Part shown: positions 48,619 through 62,053 of the stretch, piece after piece | How the letters are laid out: each line of letters opens with the position of its first letter | Position numbering within the stretch: the stretch's first letter is position 1 | Assembly: GCF_009834535.1 (NCBI RefSeq) | Contig: NC_045696.1 | Span: 13,270,001-13,334,000, forward strand | Length of the DNA: 64,000 nt | Origin: Camelus ferus | Lineage: Eukaryota | Direction of reading: 5' to 3' | Translations under genes and position numbers: made by a program | Notes under the pieces: generated by a model | The model's input: the letters and a program-made list of their open reading frames with translations, nothing else | What the model was told of the DNA's origin: nothing | Databases searched by the model: none

Positions 48619-51600
48619 CTGGAAAATGACATCCAGTCACACAACAGACTGTTCTGTCCAGAGTATTTGCTTATTGCCATTTATAGTCGAACTCATATAT
48701 CATTCCCAAAGTGTATCAAGGGTCCACCTACCTAAAGGTTACATTGTTGACTTCTCATTTGTCATTCCTCTTTTATGGTGAATTATATATATTTTCCTTG
48801 TGTGGGCATGTGTGGCTAGAAGCACAATTTTCCCAACAGCACTTGGAATTTTTTAGAATGCAGTGTTCCTCTCCAGCTTTCAGCCAACACCGTAACTCTA
48901 ACAAACCAAGTTTGTAATTGTAAAACTTTTGTAAACAAAAAGTGCTCAAAGTTTCCAAAGGTGCTTAGTGAAATGGATAACACCTTCTCACTTGGAAAAA
49001 AAAAAAAAAAAAAAAAGAACACTAGAATTTCTCGGGGACATAAATCTCTGAAAACCTTTCATCAAAAACATTTATATATAACATACCATTTACCAGCTAA
49101 TTAGTTGGTCTGTTTTACATAATTTTCCAGTTCTCACCATATAAGCTATTTATAAATGGCTTATTATATTTTCTTTCTGATGTAATTGAACATTGAATTG
49201 GAAAATCCTTTCTTGGTTTAAAAGAAAAGACCATAGAATTTTGAAAGATTATGATAATAAAGGCAGAAACAACATTGTTTAAAAATCTGCCATTGGTAAT
49301 TGTAGAAAAGAATGCAGCCAAGTAACTTGACGGAGAATGTTTAATTCAGCACAAATATAAATCTATTGAGCTGCACCATTTTTTTTTTTTTTTTAGTAGA
49401 AGTGCTTAACTAGGGTGAGACCAACAGCTCTATAAAGCCTCTATCTTATTTCCCCTAATGTTAACTGGTGCTGGCTACACTGCTTGATGTTGGCTCTCAC
49501 CCAAGGACTCCCATTGGAAAATTGAATTTCTTTTTTTATTACACAGTCTGTGCCTTCCGAATGTGTCAGCTTCAAGTAATCAATAGGAAATGTTAAGTTA
49601 TCACTATTCAGATAAAGATTGTAGTATGCACTGTGCAAGATACAGCACGGATGACAGCCACCTCTGGACTTGGCACACTTCTTTTATTTTATTTAGTTAT
49701 TTGTTTCCTCCAGAAGCAACATTTGTGTGTGTCTAAGATGTTATGTTTCCTCTAAGACCTTGGACAGGTGTGGTTATGAAGTACAGTAAACTTGTAGGCT
49801 ACTGTTCAGAGTCAAATGGACCAGGGCAAGGAAGGGAGGACTTGTAGAACCACATCAAGATTTAGTGCTCATTATCCTTTTTAACTTTTTTAACATAAAA
49901 ATTGAAATTTTTAAAATGATAGCTTTCCTGGACTCCTGCTTTTCCAATCAGTCAACATGGCTGATAGCTTACTTCCAGAATTGCTTGTCCTGAGCTCCTG
50001 AACGACCGATGAGTACCAATGAAAGAAAACTGAGCATATGGACTTCTGTGTTTGTTAATCCTCACGGCAATCCTATGAAGCAAGTGTTATTATCTTCATC
50101 ATTTCATCATTTCAAGTAAGAAAATCAGAGCAATGAAGTAACTTACTCAAGTTTACAAATATAGGGGGAGCTATGGCCTCAGACCGTCTGTGGGTCCAGT
50201 GCCTAATCTTTCCACGTTACCATCCTGCCGTACAAATAAAAATTGTTGGTCCCGAGGGAACAGATTCAGCTTTGGGTTATTTGATGAGATGGGGAAACAG
50301 TAGAAACAGGGACCTATTCTACTTTCTTTTTTACTCCAGGCTACTTGTAATTCTCTGTGGGGTTTACTGTCCTCCTGCTTTGCAATCACTTCCTTTTTTT
50401 TTTTTTTTTTTTTTTTTTTAAAGCATGACCACAAGGGAGATCAATGTGGCCTTTAAATAAACTAGGACAAAAAAAAAAAAAAACATTTAAAAAATGCATT
50501 TCATAGTCTGCAAATGAACTGCTCTTTTTTTCTTTGCTAAATGAAATGTCAATCTTGACATGCATTTCCTGTCATGATGACTTATACACATGTTAACGAC
50601 ATTTAAAGTTGACTATGTTCTCTCCCTTCAGTCATTCATTTTTAGGAGAAAACATTTCCTGAATGTTCCCTGTATACCAAGTCCCATGCTAAGCACTAGA
50701 AGTGAGACATGAACACATCTTGCTTTAAAGGTCCTCCCAGCCCATAGAAGGATTTCATCCCTTCAAACTTGGGATGTGCATGGGGCAACACTTACTACCT
50801 AACTTTATAAATTATGACCTGAGGCTGATGGGGGCCAGAGCATCTTGATCAAGGTCGTGTTGAAGCCATTAAGTGGCAGATTCAGGACATAAAGCCAGGT
50901 CTACCTCTGACCCTCAATCTAGGGCTATTTTCACCAAATCAGTGGCCCCTCCTGACTTTCAGATTTAAGATCAACTAACTACCTGACTGAAGGACTAACT
51001 AACTATATAGAGAAATAATTACATAAATAAGCAGAGGAAAAAAACCTTAGGGCCAGTATAAAGCATTCAGCCTTCATTTGGCAAATGAGACCATTAATAA
51101 ACAGACTCTCTTCTCTTCAAAGAAAGTAACCATGAACTTTCACAATTATTTCATAAAAGAAAGTTATTTTAATACTGATAGAGGAGACAGGAAAATTCAG
51201 TAAAAAAGACTAGTTTTTAATTGGACTAAATTTATCTTTCAGAAAAGCTCACTGCTAATGCCCTCATTTTCTCACGTTGTCCATATACAGGTGAACTGGC
51301 CTTGGGAAAGGTGACGCTCAGCAGATTTAAAGATTACAGACCCAAGATGTAAGAAGAACAATGAGCAAGGAACAGGGAGGTTTACTTTTTTCTTCCAAAG
51401 CGATTGTTTGCTTAAAAAATAGCCTTTCTGCCTTCATTAGCAGACATGGCAGAATTTACAATTCAAAAGACTTTTTAGTTCACAGGAGATGAAATTTAGA
51501 GAAAGCTTTTCCTTTTATTTGTGTTTCGCAGCAATTCATCAATCCTTTACACGTCATTGTTAAGAAGTTAAAACTTGTCCGCTAAACAAATCATTGCTTC

Positions 51601-51754
51601 AGGGAAAGAAAACTGATTTAGGGACAACTCCTAACTTTGCCAAAGGCCCTCCTGTGTTTGGACGCCGGGCAGCCTTGCCCGAGTGACCCAGTGCTGACAG
51701 AGTTGCAGAGAATGGTAAGGGTGCATGCAGACCTGATAATGGTGATGGTTTTTC

Positions 51755-52175
51755 TAGCCCTGGATTCCAAAAAAAATGTAATGGGGACAATTAGGGAAAC
51801 TGGAATATCCTATCGTGTATGTCTCTATCAACATTAATATCGACATAAATGTATCATAGTATTGTATCAGCGTTAAGGTTCCTGTATTTGATAATTGTAC
51901 TGTGGTCACAACAAGGAAAGTCCTTATTCTTATGAAATGTACGCTGATGTATTTAGAGGTAAAGTGATCATGCTGTCTCACTTTCAAATAGTTCAACAAT
52001 CCTACTACTTCCTGTTATTATTGTTGCTGTTGTTGTAGTTGTTTTTATATTGAAAGACTATTAGAACAGTAAAGTGGCAAATGGTAACAGTTGCTGAATC
52101 TAGATTCAGGATGTATAGGAGTTTGTTGTACCTTTCTTTCAACTTTTCTCTAAGTCCACATCTTTCTCAGTAAAA
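51755..52175 (+). mobile_element. Old L1M (L1MC-like) 3' end
   Basis: TTTGATAATTGTACTGTGG..GTCCTTATTCTTATGAAAT..GTATTTAGAGGTAAAG..GTGGCAAATGGTAACAGTTGCTGAATCTAG..TTTCAACTTTTCT. Confidence 0.7.
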
Positions 52176-54244
52176 AGACAGACCATGAGCCTCCTTCTTC
52201 CACTCCCACATCCAGCAATGCAATTGGAAACTGCACTTCTGGTTTAAAAAGTGCTTTAAAGCAAGAAGCTAGTTTATTTCACGTGAGTTTGAGCTGGGCT
52301 CTGCATGTAGAGATTACTCTCAAAGATGTTCGAAAGGCCACTTCTAAACACTTGCTTTGGCCGTCTGTCTGCTCTGTGTACTCAGATATGACACACACAG
52401 AAATGCTGATTTGCATGCCCATTGAGTGACTCTGGGGACAGGTGGAGTACATGGAAGAGAAAAAAAAAAAAAAAAAGAACCTGCTATTTCCAGTAAGTGT
52501 TCGAAATTTCCCATGTCTTCACCTTAAATAATAATAAACTTGCTATTTGCATTGCCCCCTTTTATGAAGTATCCTACACACTTTATAACTAGCTCAGTAA
52601 ACCTCAGAATATACCTCTGAGGTTGATAGGTGTCAGTGCTGTTTTACAGTAAGAAAAGTGAGGCATAGTGAGGTTAATTGTTTGGATTGGCCTTGAAAAT
52701 GAGTCACAAATGCCAGGAATTGGAAAAGACCTTAAAGGTCAAACCCCTGTTTGACGCATGAATCCCTTCCACACAGCTGTTGCTGAACATCTCTTCGTCT
52801 GAGAAATTCTCTGCCTCATTTTTTGCAGATCAGTCCATTTCTAGACAGCTTTAGTCATATTTAATGAGCATCAAGTTCAAAAGAAACATACATAGGTTTT
52901 CTTGAGTCTTAATCCAATTCCCTGTTCATTAAACCACATCAGTGAATTTGATGTCAAAAAAAATGAATGTAATAAACCACGGGGACTCAAAGATAAGATC
53001 ATACATTTTAAATGCTAATTTCATCTGCATTTGAACTTGGAAACATGCAAAATGGCATTTCTCAAACTTGTTGGTATCCAAATATACCCACATCTAATAG
53101 GATTCTTAAAGGGATATATATACCCTCCAGAGAAGAGGGAAAAATCAGAACTGAGAAATGGAAATAGATAAGTGAGTGAATTACCTGGGGAAAGTGCAGA
53201 TCTTCATACATATGATTTTCCAAAAGTGCATCAAAAAAGGCTAAAGACTTCCGAAAAGAAAAACTGTGTCCCTTGATCACAAAGAATCGCATAGAAGACT
53301 TTAGTCAGAATATTTGAGATTAACTGTGTTGCAGTTAGCTCCACCAGTATGTTTTGGTCCTGAACTCTGGTTAATACCAAGGGTAGCTAAAAATAATATA
53401 CCACCATGCAATATCTAAAGATTGATTTCCAGTGCAGAACTCTGAAACTTGAAATGGGTTTTCTGGTCAGGGGACTGGAGTAGGTAAATAGGAAGGGTAG
53501 AAAAGAGTAAGGGCAGAAAAAAGGGAACTATAATTTATTATCTTGTTGGTACTGAATGCCAAGGACTTTCCATGCCCCAGCTATTTCAAGTGGGATTGGG
53601 GGAGGGCACGTAGCAGAGTGTTCTGGCTAGCATGAGGTCGTAACAGCACAGTGGGGTGACCTGCGATTGCTGAAGTTGAAACAATTCACTTATTCTTTTA
53701 CTTGGCACTGACTGTGTACAGCGTATCATTTATTTTGGTTTGATCATCTATGGTGAAATGTTTAATTTTCTTCAAGTCCAAACTTAGAGCATCTGTCAAA
53801 ATTCTTGTTTCTGTAAAATATAGTTCTTTCTATTTTCTATGGGAAAATATAATCGACATAACAAATCTAAGTCACTATTTAAATACAGCTATTTCACTTA
53901 TTTGCAGGGTGGCTGAGCATATTAAATGAGTTAATTACAAAAATATTTAGAACAGTGCAAGGCAATTAGTCAGTACTCCAAGAATTTCATTATTATGATT
54001 TTTGTGGTTGTCGTTTCTCTTGGGTTTTCTTTCTAGATATAGTGTTTCAATCAATCAATCACTGACTTTTTTATGTATGTTAATCTTACTTCGGGTAATC
54101 CTCACTGTAAAGCTTTGAGACTATGTTTAAGTGACAGTTAATTGCTCTTTCATTGTAGGCTGCATTTTATAAATTTTATGGCTCTGGTGTGTTGAGAAAA
54201 ATGATTTAAGGTAACCATGGGTAAAAAAAAATGAAAACCTCTTA

Positions 54245-54928
54245 AGCTCTATGTGTTGTGAACATATCTGGCTGGAACTCATTTCCCCGATGGCCTCATC
54301 CAGTCCTCTATACACTGAGGACTTTCAATTTTCTATCTCCAGCCTATACTGCATCCCTGAACTACAGACTCATGTATTAACTGCCTGCTCACCACCTCCA
54401 TTTGGATGTCTAGTAGACATGGCAAGCTCAAATCTTTTCATGACTAAACTCCTATACCCTTATTTCTCCAAACTATCTCCATTTATATGTTTCCCCATCT
54501 CAGGTGATGGCAACTCTAGCCTTTGGTTCAGGCTCAGAAGCTTAGAGTCAGCTTTGACTCCTCTATTTCTCTCACCCGCCTTCCCCCCAATCAGAGCACT
54601 TTGCCAGTTCAACATCAAAATATTTCCAGAATATGACCATTTCTTACTCCTCTGTGACTGTCACCTCCATCTCTCGCCTTGATTTCTCTAGACGCCAACC
54701 ATTTTATGCTTGCCTCTCTATGTTGTTTTATTAATATAAGACCCAGAGTGATCTTTTTATGATATAAATCTGATCATATCCCTCCTCTTCTGAAAAGTCT
54801 CCAATGGCTCCCCACTTCATGAAGAGTCAAAGCTCTTCCAGCAATCTACAAAGCTGTCCATGGTCTATAGTGTCCTTCTCTTGACCCCATCATCCTTCCA
54901 TTCTCAGTCTGATCCAGCCACACTGGCC
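54245..54928 (+). mobile_element. L2 LINE fragment
   Basis: TATCTCCAGCC..CCTGAACTACAGACTCATGTATTAACTGCCTGCTC..TTCCCCATCTCAG..CCAGAGTGATCTTTT..TCCAATGGCTCCCCA. Confidence 0.75.
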
Positions 54929-55112
54929 CCCTCGTTTGTGTAAATAAAGGTTTACTGAAACACACCATACCTGCTCATTTACATATTATCTGTGGCTGTC
55001 TTCTTGCTCCCTCAGCAGAGTGAAATAGTTATGACCTAGACACGATGGTCCATAAAGCTGAAGTTCTCTAGTATCTGTCCCTTCAGAGAAAAAATTTTGC
55101 TCATCCCTGTTC
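54929..55112. mobile_element. MER58-like hAT relic
   Basis: TGTAAATAAAGGTTTACTGAAACACA..CTCATTTACATATTATCTGTGGCTG..GAAAAAATTTTGCTCATCCCTG. Confidence 0.75.
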
Positions 55113-58111
55113 TACAAAATTGGCTATGACTACATTTCACCAGGATTGGCCTTGAGAAAGCAGAAACTGCTGAATCTTCTCCACACTGAATTTGGTGCTC
55201 AGCTTCTCAGCTCTTTTTGATGTGTGTGAAGGGATAGAAGCCAGGTTCCCACCAGGGGTCTAACGAAGCAGAGGCAATGGCCAATGAGCAGCAATGTCTC
55301 ATTGCCTACAGTCACTTCTGAACATGGGACTCAGAGAGAAGTAGGTGACTGATAACAAGAACATCCAGGCAACAGAGAAAGAGAGAGATGAAGCAAGACA
55401 AAACTTTACTTCCCAACAGTTCTCTAGGGTCTTTCTGCATTTTCTCTTCTAGCGGACAGAATTCTGCTTGCTGGTGTTTGGTGAATTAAATTTTGCCCTT
55501 AGAGACGTGCACAGTGCTCCCTTGACTCCAGTGGGAGTCATGGACCATTTGGTCCCATAGACATCTGTGCTGGCTTCAGGCAATTTAACAAACTCCTAGA
55601 CAGATCCCAGTAAAGTGCTCTTTAATGGGTATTAATTCTGGTGTAAGGGCAGGTGCTGAGCACACCTAAGTCCTTTCTTTTCCTTCAGGTTTAGTAAGTT
55701 TTCTTCTTTTTACGGCTTGATAATTACTGCAGCCAAAACCCTGAGTCAAACAGTATTAAACCCACTCAAAGTCAAAAGATGTCTGCTTTTATTGATCTCA
55801 GTTGACCTGTTTGCTCTCTGGGTTCTAATTTAATGGCTCAATTGATTATTCATTTGCATTTTTAAAGTCTTTGCGAGCAAAATCATTTTAACATGAATCG
55901 TCTCTAACTTAATGGGCAAAATACAAACACATTTTGGATTTCCAATTTCAGCGAGTATTATTGAGCAGCTGAGCTCAGGTGGACTTTATAAGAATGAAAA
56001 GATTTCAGTTTCTTGTAAAAGGTAATAGAAGGGATAGTTCAAATTTTCTCCTGTGCAAAATGGACATCAGTTCTGGGCACTCACCTGAAACCGAAAGAGT
56101 GGTTAGGTCATCACCTTTTATGTTATGCTCTTGCAAATTATAATTTGTCTAAACACAACTTGAAATCTACAACAGTTACGCTCACACCCTTGGTTGAACT
56201 CTTTCTTAAATTAAATCCTGACATTTCAATATTATTTATTGATTTGTTTTCCTCTTAGATGATCCTGCTTTGCTGGAAATGGTAGAGATAGTGAGAGAAA
56301 ATTATGCTATAGAGGGTGTTACATAATGAGAAATAGTATTATTTTGTTAACTCATGGAATTCTCTATTTACAAAGGTACACAACATGGAAGACCTGTCTA
56401 CACTTATGTTTACAATGTAGTATATGTTAAGGCTCTTTAAAAATGCTTATGGAACTCATTTGATTGTACGTTTTCTTCCTTTACAGCAGGCAGGTGAAGC
56501 TTTAAAACTATGACTGCCTGTGGCTTATCCTTCCTGGTAGGACTGTTTTGAATATAATGTTTATAAATTACACATCCAATCACCTACCTTCACTTCTTTC
56601 TAAAATGAGACGAGGTTTAAGAAGATATATAAATGCATATTTCCAACCAGAATAGTCACCTTCATCTGACAGTTTAAAATGAATCCAGGGTTTAGTGCCA
56701 AACAGAGGAGGCTCACTATTCATTCTCTGAGGAATAGTTAAGTGCTAGTGCTTGGTGAAAAAGATAGCAAAAACAGGAAATATTATTAAAAAGTTCAAAA
56801 GCGCTTTGCTTTATTAATTGTCACTAGTAATTTTGTTAGTCTTATTACCAAATGTGTGGTTCAAGGAAAGGAGCTGGTTTCAATTCTTGAAAAAAATTAT
56901 TCAGAAACTAAACAGTACTATTCCTTTTCCATGTAACTGCTAAGCACGTTCCTAGATGCCAGGATTATGTTAGGTAGCCGATTATAAAAATAAATAAGAT
57001 AAAATTCCAAGTGTCAGGAATTCCTAGTCTCATAAACATGGAAACAGAGAATTGAAATGTGATATAATGCTTCTATTTACAAAGTGCTGCTAACTCCTAA
57101 TGTGGTCCCACGAGCTGTAAGAAAGCAGTGGTATTTGAGTGTGATCACGGACAAGGAGGGAGCTTACCACCTTGAGGGTGTGTGGAGGATCATGCAAAGT
57201 GAGGGGCCAGCCTCAGAAAGAAAGAATCGGGGTGGACTTGGTAGTTAAGGATGGGCTCCTCATCAGAGCTGAGGTGTGAGTACAGGGGATGTCGAACAGC
57301 TAGTGCCTGGGTTAATGAAGATGAACGTGGTTGAATGATGCAGAACTTTAAATCGGAAGGACTTGGACTTTCCCATGTAGACACCAGAGAGTCACAGCAG
57401 AATTTAAACTGGATAAAAAGGGTCTTGAACTCCAACAAACCTCAAAATGTAAACAGAAGCCAAAGGGGGAAGGTGCCAGTGAAACTTCAAATGGGGGAGA
57501 ATCAGAGAAATGTCTAGTGAGGCGCAGAGCACCACATGTCTGCCTTCCTCCTAAAATGAGCAGGTGGGACAAAGCAGGCCTTCTTTAGGGCTCATTGCTG
57601 GGGGTTCTTAGTCCTTCCCCACAAGATGGTTAGCTTTATTGATATAACTTCTGTTTTTGATATAACTTCTAATTAGATTCCTCTACCTAGTTTAGAAACT
57701 TTTCTAGACATTTATGTAGCTACTCATTGAGCTGGAATCATTTTGTGGTCATTTTCAAAATGTCTCCCCATTCTTTAAGGAATGGAGTCATGGTCACAGT
57801 CTTGATAGAGTTGGATACATTAAATTATATCTTTAATATTCAGATAGATTCCAACATATATCAATAAGGTGATATTTCTTTTTAAAAAGTGCCCTTAAGT
57901 TTGATGATGAGAAGGTCATCAGAAAGGATCAACTCACCAGAAGGAACTGGAATTCCTACACATGGCATTCCTAAATTAGAATACTCAATTAGCTTCATAT
58001 AAGAGGGCATTTCCATGCACTCCACCTGGTGAGTCTGATGCATATGGAACACTCTGGTTCCCTTTTTTCAGACCAGACGTGGCTAAGTGAGGTCTTGTGT
58101 GAGTCCCATAC

Positions 58112-58369
58112 CTGTGCTGTCTTCATACACCACGGTCACTGTTTTCCAGTTGTAGTAGAGGACCAGGTCCAGGACCGCCCTGCTGATGGCCGCATAATCT
58201 GGGTAGAGGTTGATGTAAAACAAATCTTTGTTGTCCACCGAGGGGTGTTTCCAGCGAGTCTGTATATGTGGAACTTCTAGAGCGTTGCAAATAGACTGCA
58301 CAGCACTGACAGAGGAACTATGGGAAGGACCAAAGAGAGCAGCCACACCAAGAGCCAGCTGGTCACATG
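58112..58369 (-). CDS. GRIK1: GluK1 coding exon (exon 3, 258 bp): [86 protein letters not shown]
   Basis: Acceptor GACATCAG|CATGTGAC and donor AGCACAG|GTATGG. Phase 1-1, continuous with exons 2 and 4. Confidence 0.98.
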
Positions 58370-59129
58370 CTGATGTCCATGGACAAGGAGCGGGTGGAAC
58401 GGGAAAGCAGGGAAGGGAGGGAGAAAGAGACAGTTCTGTGAATGTAATCTTTCGTTTCATGATTCCTCTTTATTTTCACTATTGGAAACTTTCCTCCACT
58501 CTCCCTTATATGTTGAAGAAATATGCTTACTCCAACTCCCAACATCCCTGGGAAACTAAATACTAGAGATGTAAATGTAGAAATGATTAGCAACATGTCA
58601 CAGGGCCAATGCCTGAAAATAAAATGAGTTGCTGGTCTCACTTCATTACTTTTAATCAGTCTAAATCCCTTGTTTGATGTGTTGTTACCCAGAAGCACTC
58701 GGAGCTACTCTACAAGCCATATGCCAAGTGAACATCATGTGAATTCAGTTCTGTCTATGGCCATGTGGCGATAAAGATATCAACGTGGTCATCAAAGTTA
58801 GGAGGCTCTCTGGGTGGCTGCAAAGTACTTAGTTCCAGTCTCCCCAAAACTTGGAAAGGAGTTCCAGGCTATTAAAAAATTGCTAAAGAATGTTAAGTGA
58901 TGCTGATACCTAACTAATGACAGAAGAATGGAGCAGCATAGCTTAAAGGGATCTTAGAAAACAATTGGTCCAGCCCACGAATGTCACAGGCAAGGGAGTG
59001 AGTCAGGACCAGTGGAGAAGGGCAGAGCTGCAGCAGAGCCCAGGAACCCAGAGCAAGGTCAGGCCTCTTTCCACCTCAGTATTAGCCACAAAGTCAAGTC
59101 AGTATGGACATAAAAATTAACTTTTCACA

Positions 59130-59715
59130 TTTATTTACTTTTTGCATTATAAGAATATATATACACATTGAGATAATTTAGGATACTTATAAGTGTAAGG
59201 AAGAGAAAAAGGCTCTGAAATTCCACCATCTGGGGATGATATCTATTCATATTTTGGTGTTTCAATTTGTATTTTAAAAAAGAACATAGTATAGATACAG
59301 TTTGATGCATTGCTTTCTTCATTGAACACTCAACTGAACACTAAAAGCACACCCTTTTCTCCAGGTCATTACAAATTCTTCAGAAGTATATTTTAGTGTC
59401 TGAAGAATAGCCTATTCCATAAGCATATCATTACTTAACTATTCCTACAATACTGAGTATTTAAGCTGCTCCTAATGTCTGGTTATTATCAGTAATATTG
59501 TAAGCACTTATCTTAGTTCTTATATTTTTTCTGAATTTTCCTTTACTTTCTGAGAGTAGATACTCAGCTATAATTAAAGGGTATTGATATTTTTAAGTTG
59601 CTTGATATGCATAAACTAAATCCCCTTCCAGAAAGGTTGGGACAGATTATCTCCTACAATCATGTGAAATAGTGCCAGCTCATTTTCTGCTGGCATAAAT
59701 TTATGCTGGCATTAA
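59130..59715 (-). mobile_element. Highly diverged L1ME-like fragment
   Basis: AT-rich, with TATTCCAT..TATCATTACTTAACTATTCC and CTTCCAGAAAGGTTG antisense L1 motifs. Confidence 0.45.
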
Positions 59716-60434
59716 GTATAAATTTAGAAACATTTCAAACTTTTATTTTAATGCTAGTTTAAAGGAATTTGGAACCACTGAGAAATAATAGTTGAATATT
59801 TGAATTAAATAATAGGAAAATTTATCAATGACACTTTATTGCTTTTTAAAATAATGTCAATCCACAAATAAAAATAAGTAGAGAAGTTACACAGCTTTGT
59901 CAAAATTACCTGACTTGATTCAGAGAGAAAATTAATACATGACATTTTGAGAGTCATATTTCAAATATCAATGGGATAGCAAATGTTGACTATCATTCAC
60001 AAGGAACTTTCAGACGCTGTGCTCTTTGGTACTGAATTGTCACAAGAGATGAAGACATAATTTTGGACATTATATGTTAGAAGTTAAAACTGTCCTCAGA
60101 AGCTCATTTTCTGGATATGTTTTCATTGGTTAGCAAGAAAAAAATGAGTGCCTGAGCGTGTGTGAACTGTTGTTTTATGTAGCGGGGGGCAATGGACTGA
60201 GCTTCCTGCTAATATTTAGCTCTGAGATGCTAATACGACTTGACAGAAAATCAATCCTTTTGAATTCTGTTTGCCAGCAAATTACCAGTTTTAAGAAGCT
60301 TTGGGGGTGTTTAATTTACAAGTATGGCAGGTACTTCAGATCACAAAAATGCTTTGGATTTTGTATAGGTTGAAGTATTGTTAAATGTGGTTGGCTTTCT
60401 GGAGTATTTACTCATTAATGTTTTGTGAGAGAGT

Positions 60435-60436
<2 letters not shown>

Positions 60437-60476
<40 letters not shown>
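60437..60476. repeat. Perfect (TG)20 microsatellite
   Basis: Read directly from the sequence. Confidence 0.97.
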
Positions 60477-60480
<4 letters not shown>

Positions 60481-61304
60481 TGCTTCTGAGAGAGAGCGGG
60501 AGACTGACAGAGAGGGAGATACAGAGAGAGGGAATTATGCGAAGATGCCTTGTAAACTTTAAAATACTGTATAAACATAAGGTTTTATAATTTGTTCATA
60601 GACAACTCTGACCTGTAGAGTATCTCGAAATCCACTCATCTCTAAAAAGAAAATATTCTAATACTAAGATCATGCCATAGATTTAAAAAAAATCATTATA
60701 CTATTCAGTTTTCATCTCTGCTTCCAGGAAAACAAGTTTTACATTTTATTTGTGAAGAACACTAAGAATCTTGCAGAAGAGCGTGTTAGGTGAACACACC
60801 CTACAGTCCTAACTGGGTTTATTCTGTGCGGAAACAACCAGCATTCGGTTACTCAGAAGTCAGCAGGAACGCGGTGCTCGTTGCATTCCGTTTACTTGTG
60901 TGCTTTTGTTGGGCAGAGCCTTTCCCCAGGAGAGAAGGACCCCCTCCTGCTCTGGGACGACCTTCCCGCACAAACACCCGTATGGAGCCTCCACAAGTCC
61001 CTAGTTAGAGCCCAAGCTTCAAATATGCCGAGTGTGGCTGTGCTTCAAAGGGTCACGTTGGAAGCGTCTGGGGGACGTGTGAACGAGCCCCACAAGGCCA
61101 GTGATTCTTTCCATGAGACAAAATTTGCTGCCTGCACGCAAATTAGATTACTTTTTGGGAACCTGTTTTCCGTTCAGGAGAAAAAGAGAATCAAATGCCG
61201 GGACAGTTCTCACCGATTTAAATCTTCTCTGACACCAAGTCCCCTGCTTTATTTATGTATTTTTTAAATTGTATGAGTCCATACATTTATTTTCTTACTT
61301 TCCC

Positions 61305-61392
61305 CCCTTTTAAAAATTGCATATTGGGGTATAATCGACATGTAACATTATATTCATTTCAGGTGCACAACATAATGATTTGATTTTTGTAA
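61305..61392 (-). mobile_element. Short L1 3' end (antisense)
   Basis: TATTGGGGTATAATCGACATGTAACATTATATTCATTTCAGGTGCACAACATAATGATTTGAT. Confidence 0.7.
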
Positions 61393-61885
61393 TCCTCACA
61401 TTTCTATAATCTTGTGGAAAGGAGTTAAAAAAAAAAAGTAGAGAAGATGCTAGGTAAACCCAGTAGCTCATAACCTGTTAAAATTCAGGGTGTATGTTCT
61501 GTGTGTTGTGGGCATTTCCACATGCTCGGTGGGTATGACCTCCACAAAGTTTTATTTGACTGCACTGTACAATTTCATGGTGGTATCTCAGCCTCAGGAA
61601 GGAACAAACAGATCAAGCTTGACATTTTCCATTCACAGCTGAACCAGTTAATCATAGAGTGGAGGGCACTGAAGGGTAAGGTAATCAGAAAGGCCCAGAA
61701 AACAGAGCTCGGCGACATCCATTAGGGTGGTTCAGACTGTGCTGGACAGCGACATCCAGACAGATTTCCTGCAGCCCATTTGCACAGAGATGTCCACTTT
61801 GAAAAAGGGAAGGTAGCAAGAAGAAGGTGACTTGTAGAGCAGACCTATCACCCAAAGAAGCTTTTAAAAGTGTGAAAATAGTTAC

Positions 61886-62053
61886 CTCTCCGTGAGGCTT
61901 CAAAACTATCAAAAAGGTTAATTCTCTGGATGTCATAGGTTAATGTAGTGTTAGGCATCAGGGTTCGATTTCTGTTAATGCTGGTGACTGCAAACTTGAA
62001 CGCTAATTCTTCAACATTAACAGGTTCATTTTCCACAGTTTCAAAAATCCCTC
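61886..62053 (-). CDS. GRIK1: GluK1 coding exon (exon 2, 168 bp): (G)[55 protein letters not shown]
   Basis: Acceptor ..TTCTACAG|GAGGGATT and donor CGGAGAG|GTAAC. The peptide is the start of the kainate-receptor ATD and contains sequons NRT and NTT. Confidence 0.97.

Noticed and set aside
49641..49661. RE1/REST-like sequence TACAGCACGGATGACAGCCAC (and a half-site GGACAGCGAC near 61744)
   Set aside because: Mismatches at core positions, or only one half-site.
55527..55557. Twin mini-hairpins TGACTCC-AGTG-GGAGTCA and GGACCA-TT-TGGTCC
   Set aside because: Stems of 6-7 bp occur frequently by chance; no family resemblance.
43446..55843. Shared 13-mer TAATGGCTCAATT in two enhancer-like blocks
   Set aside because: Tens of exact 13-mer pairs are expected by chance in 64 kb, so it is not significant alone.
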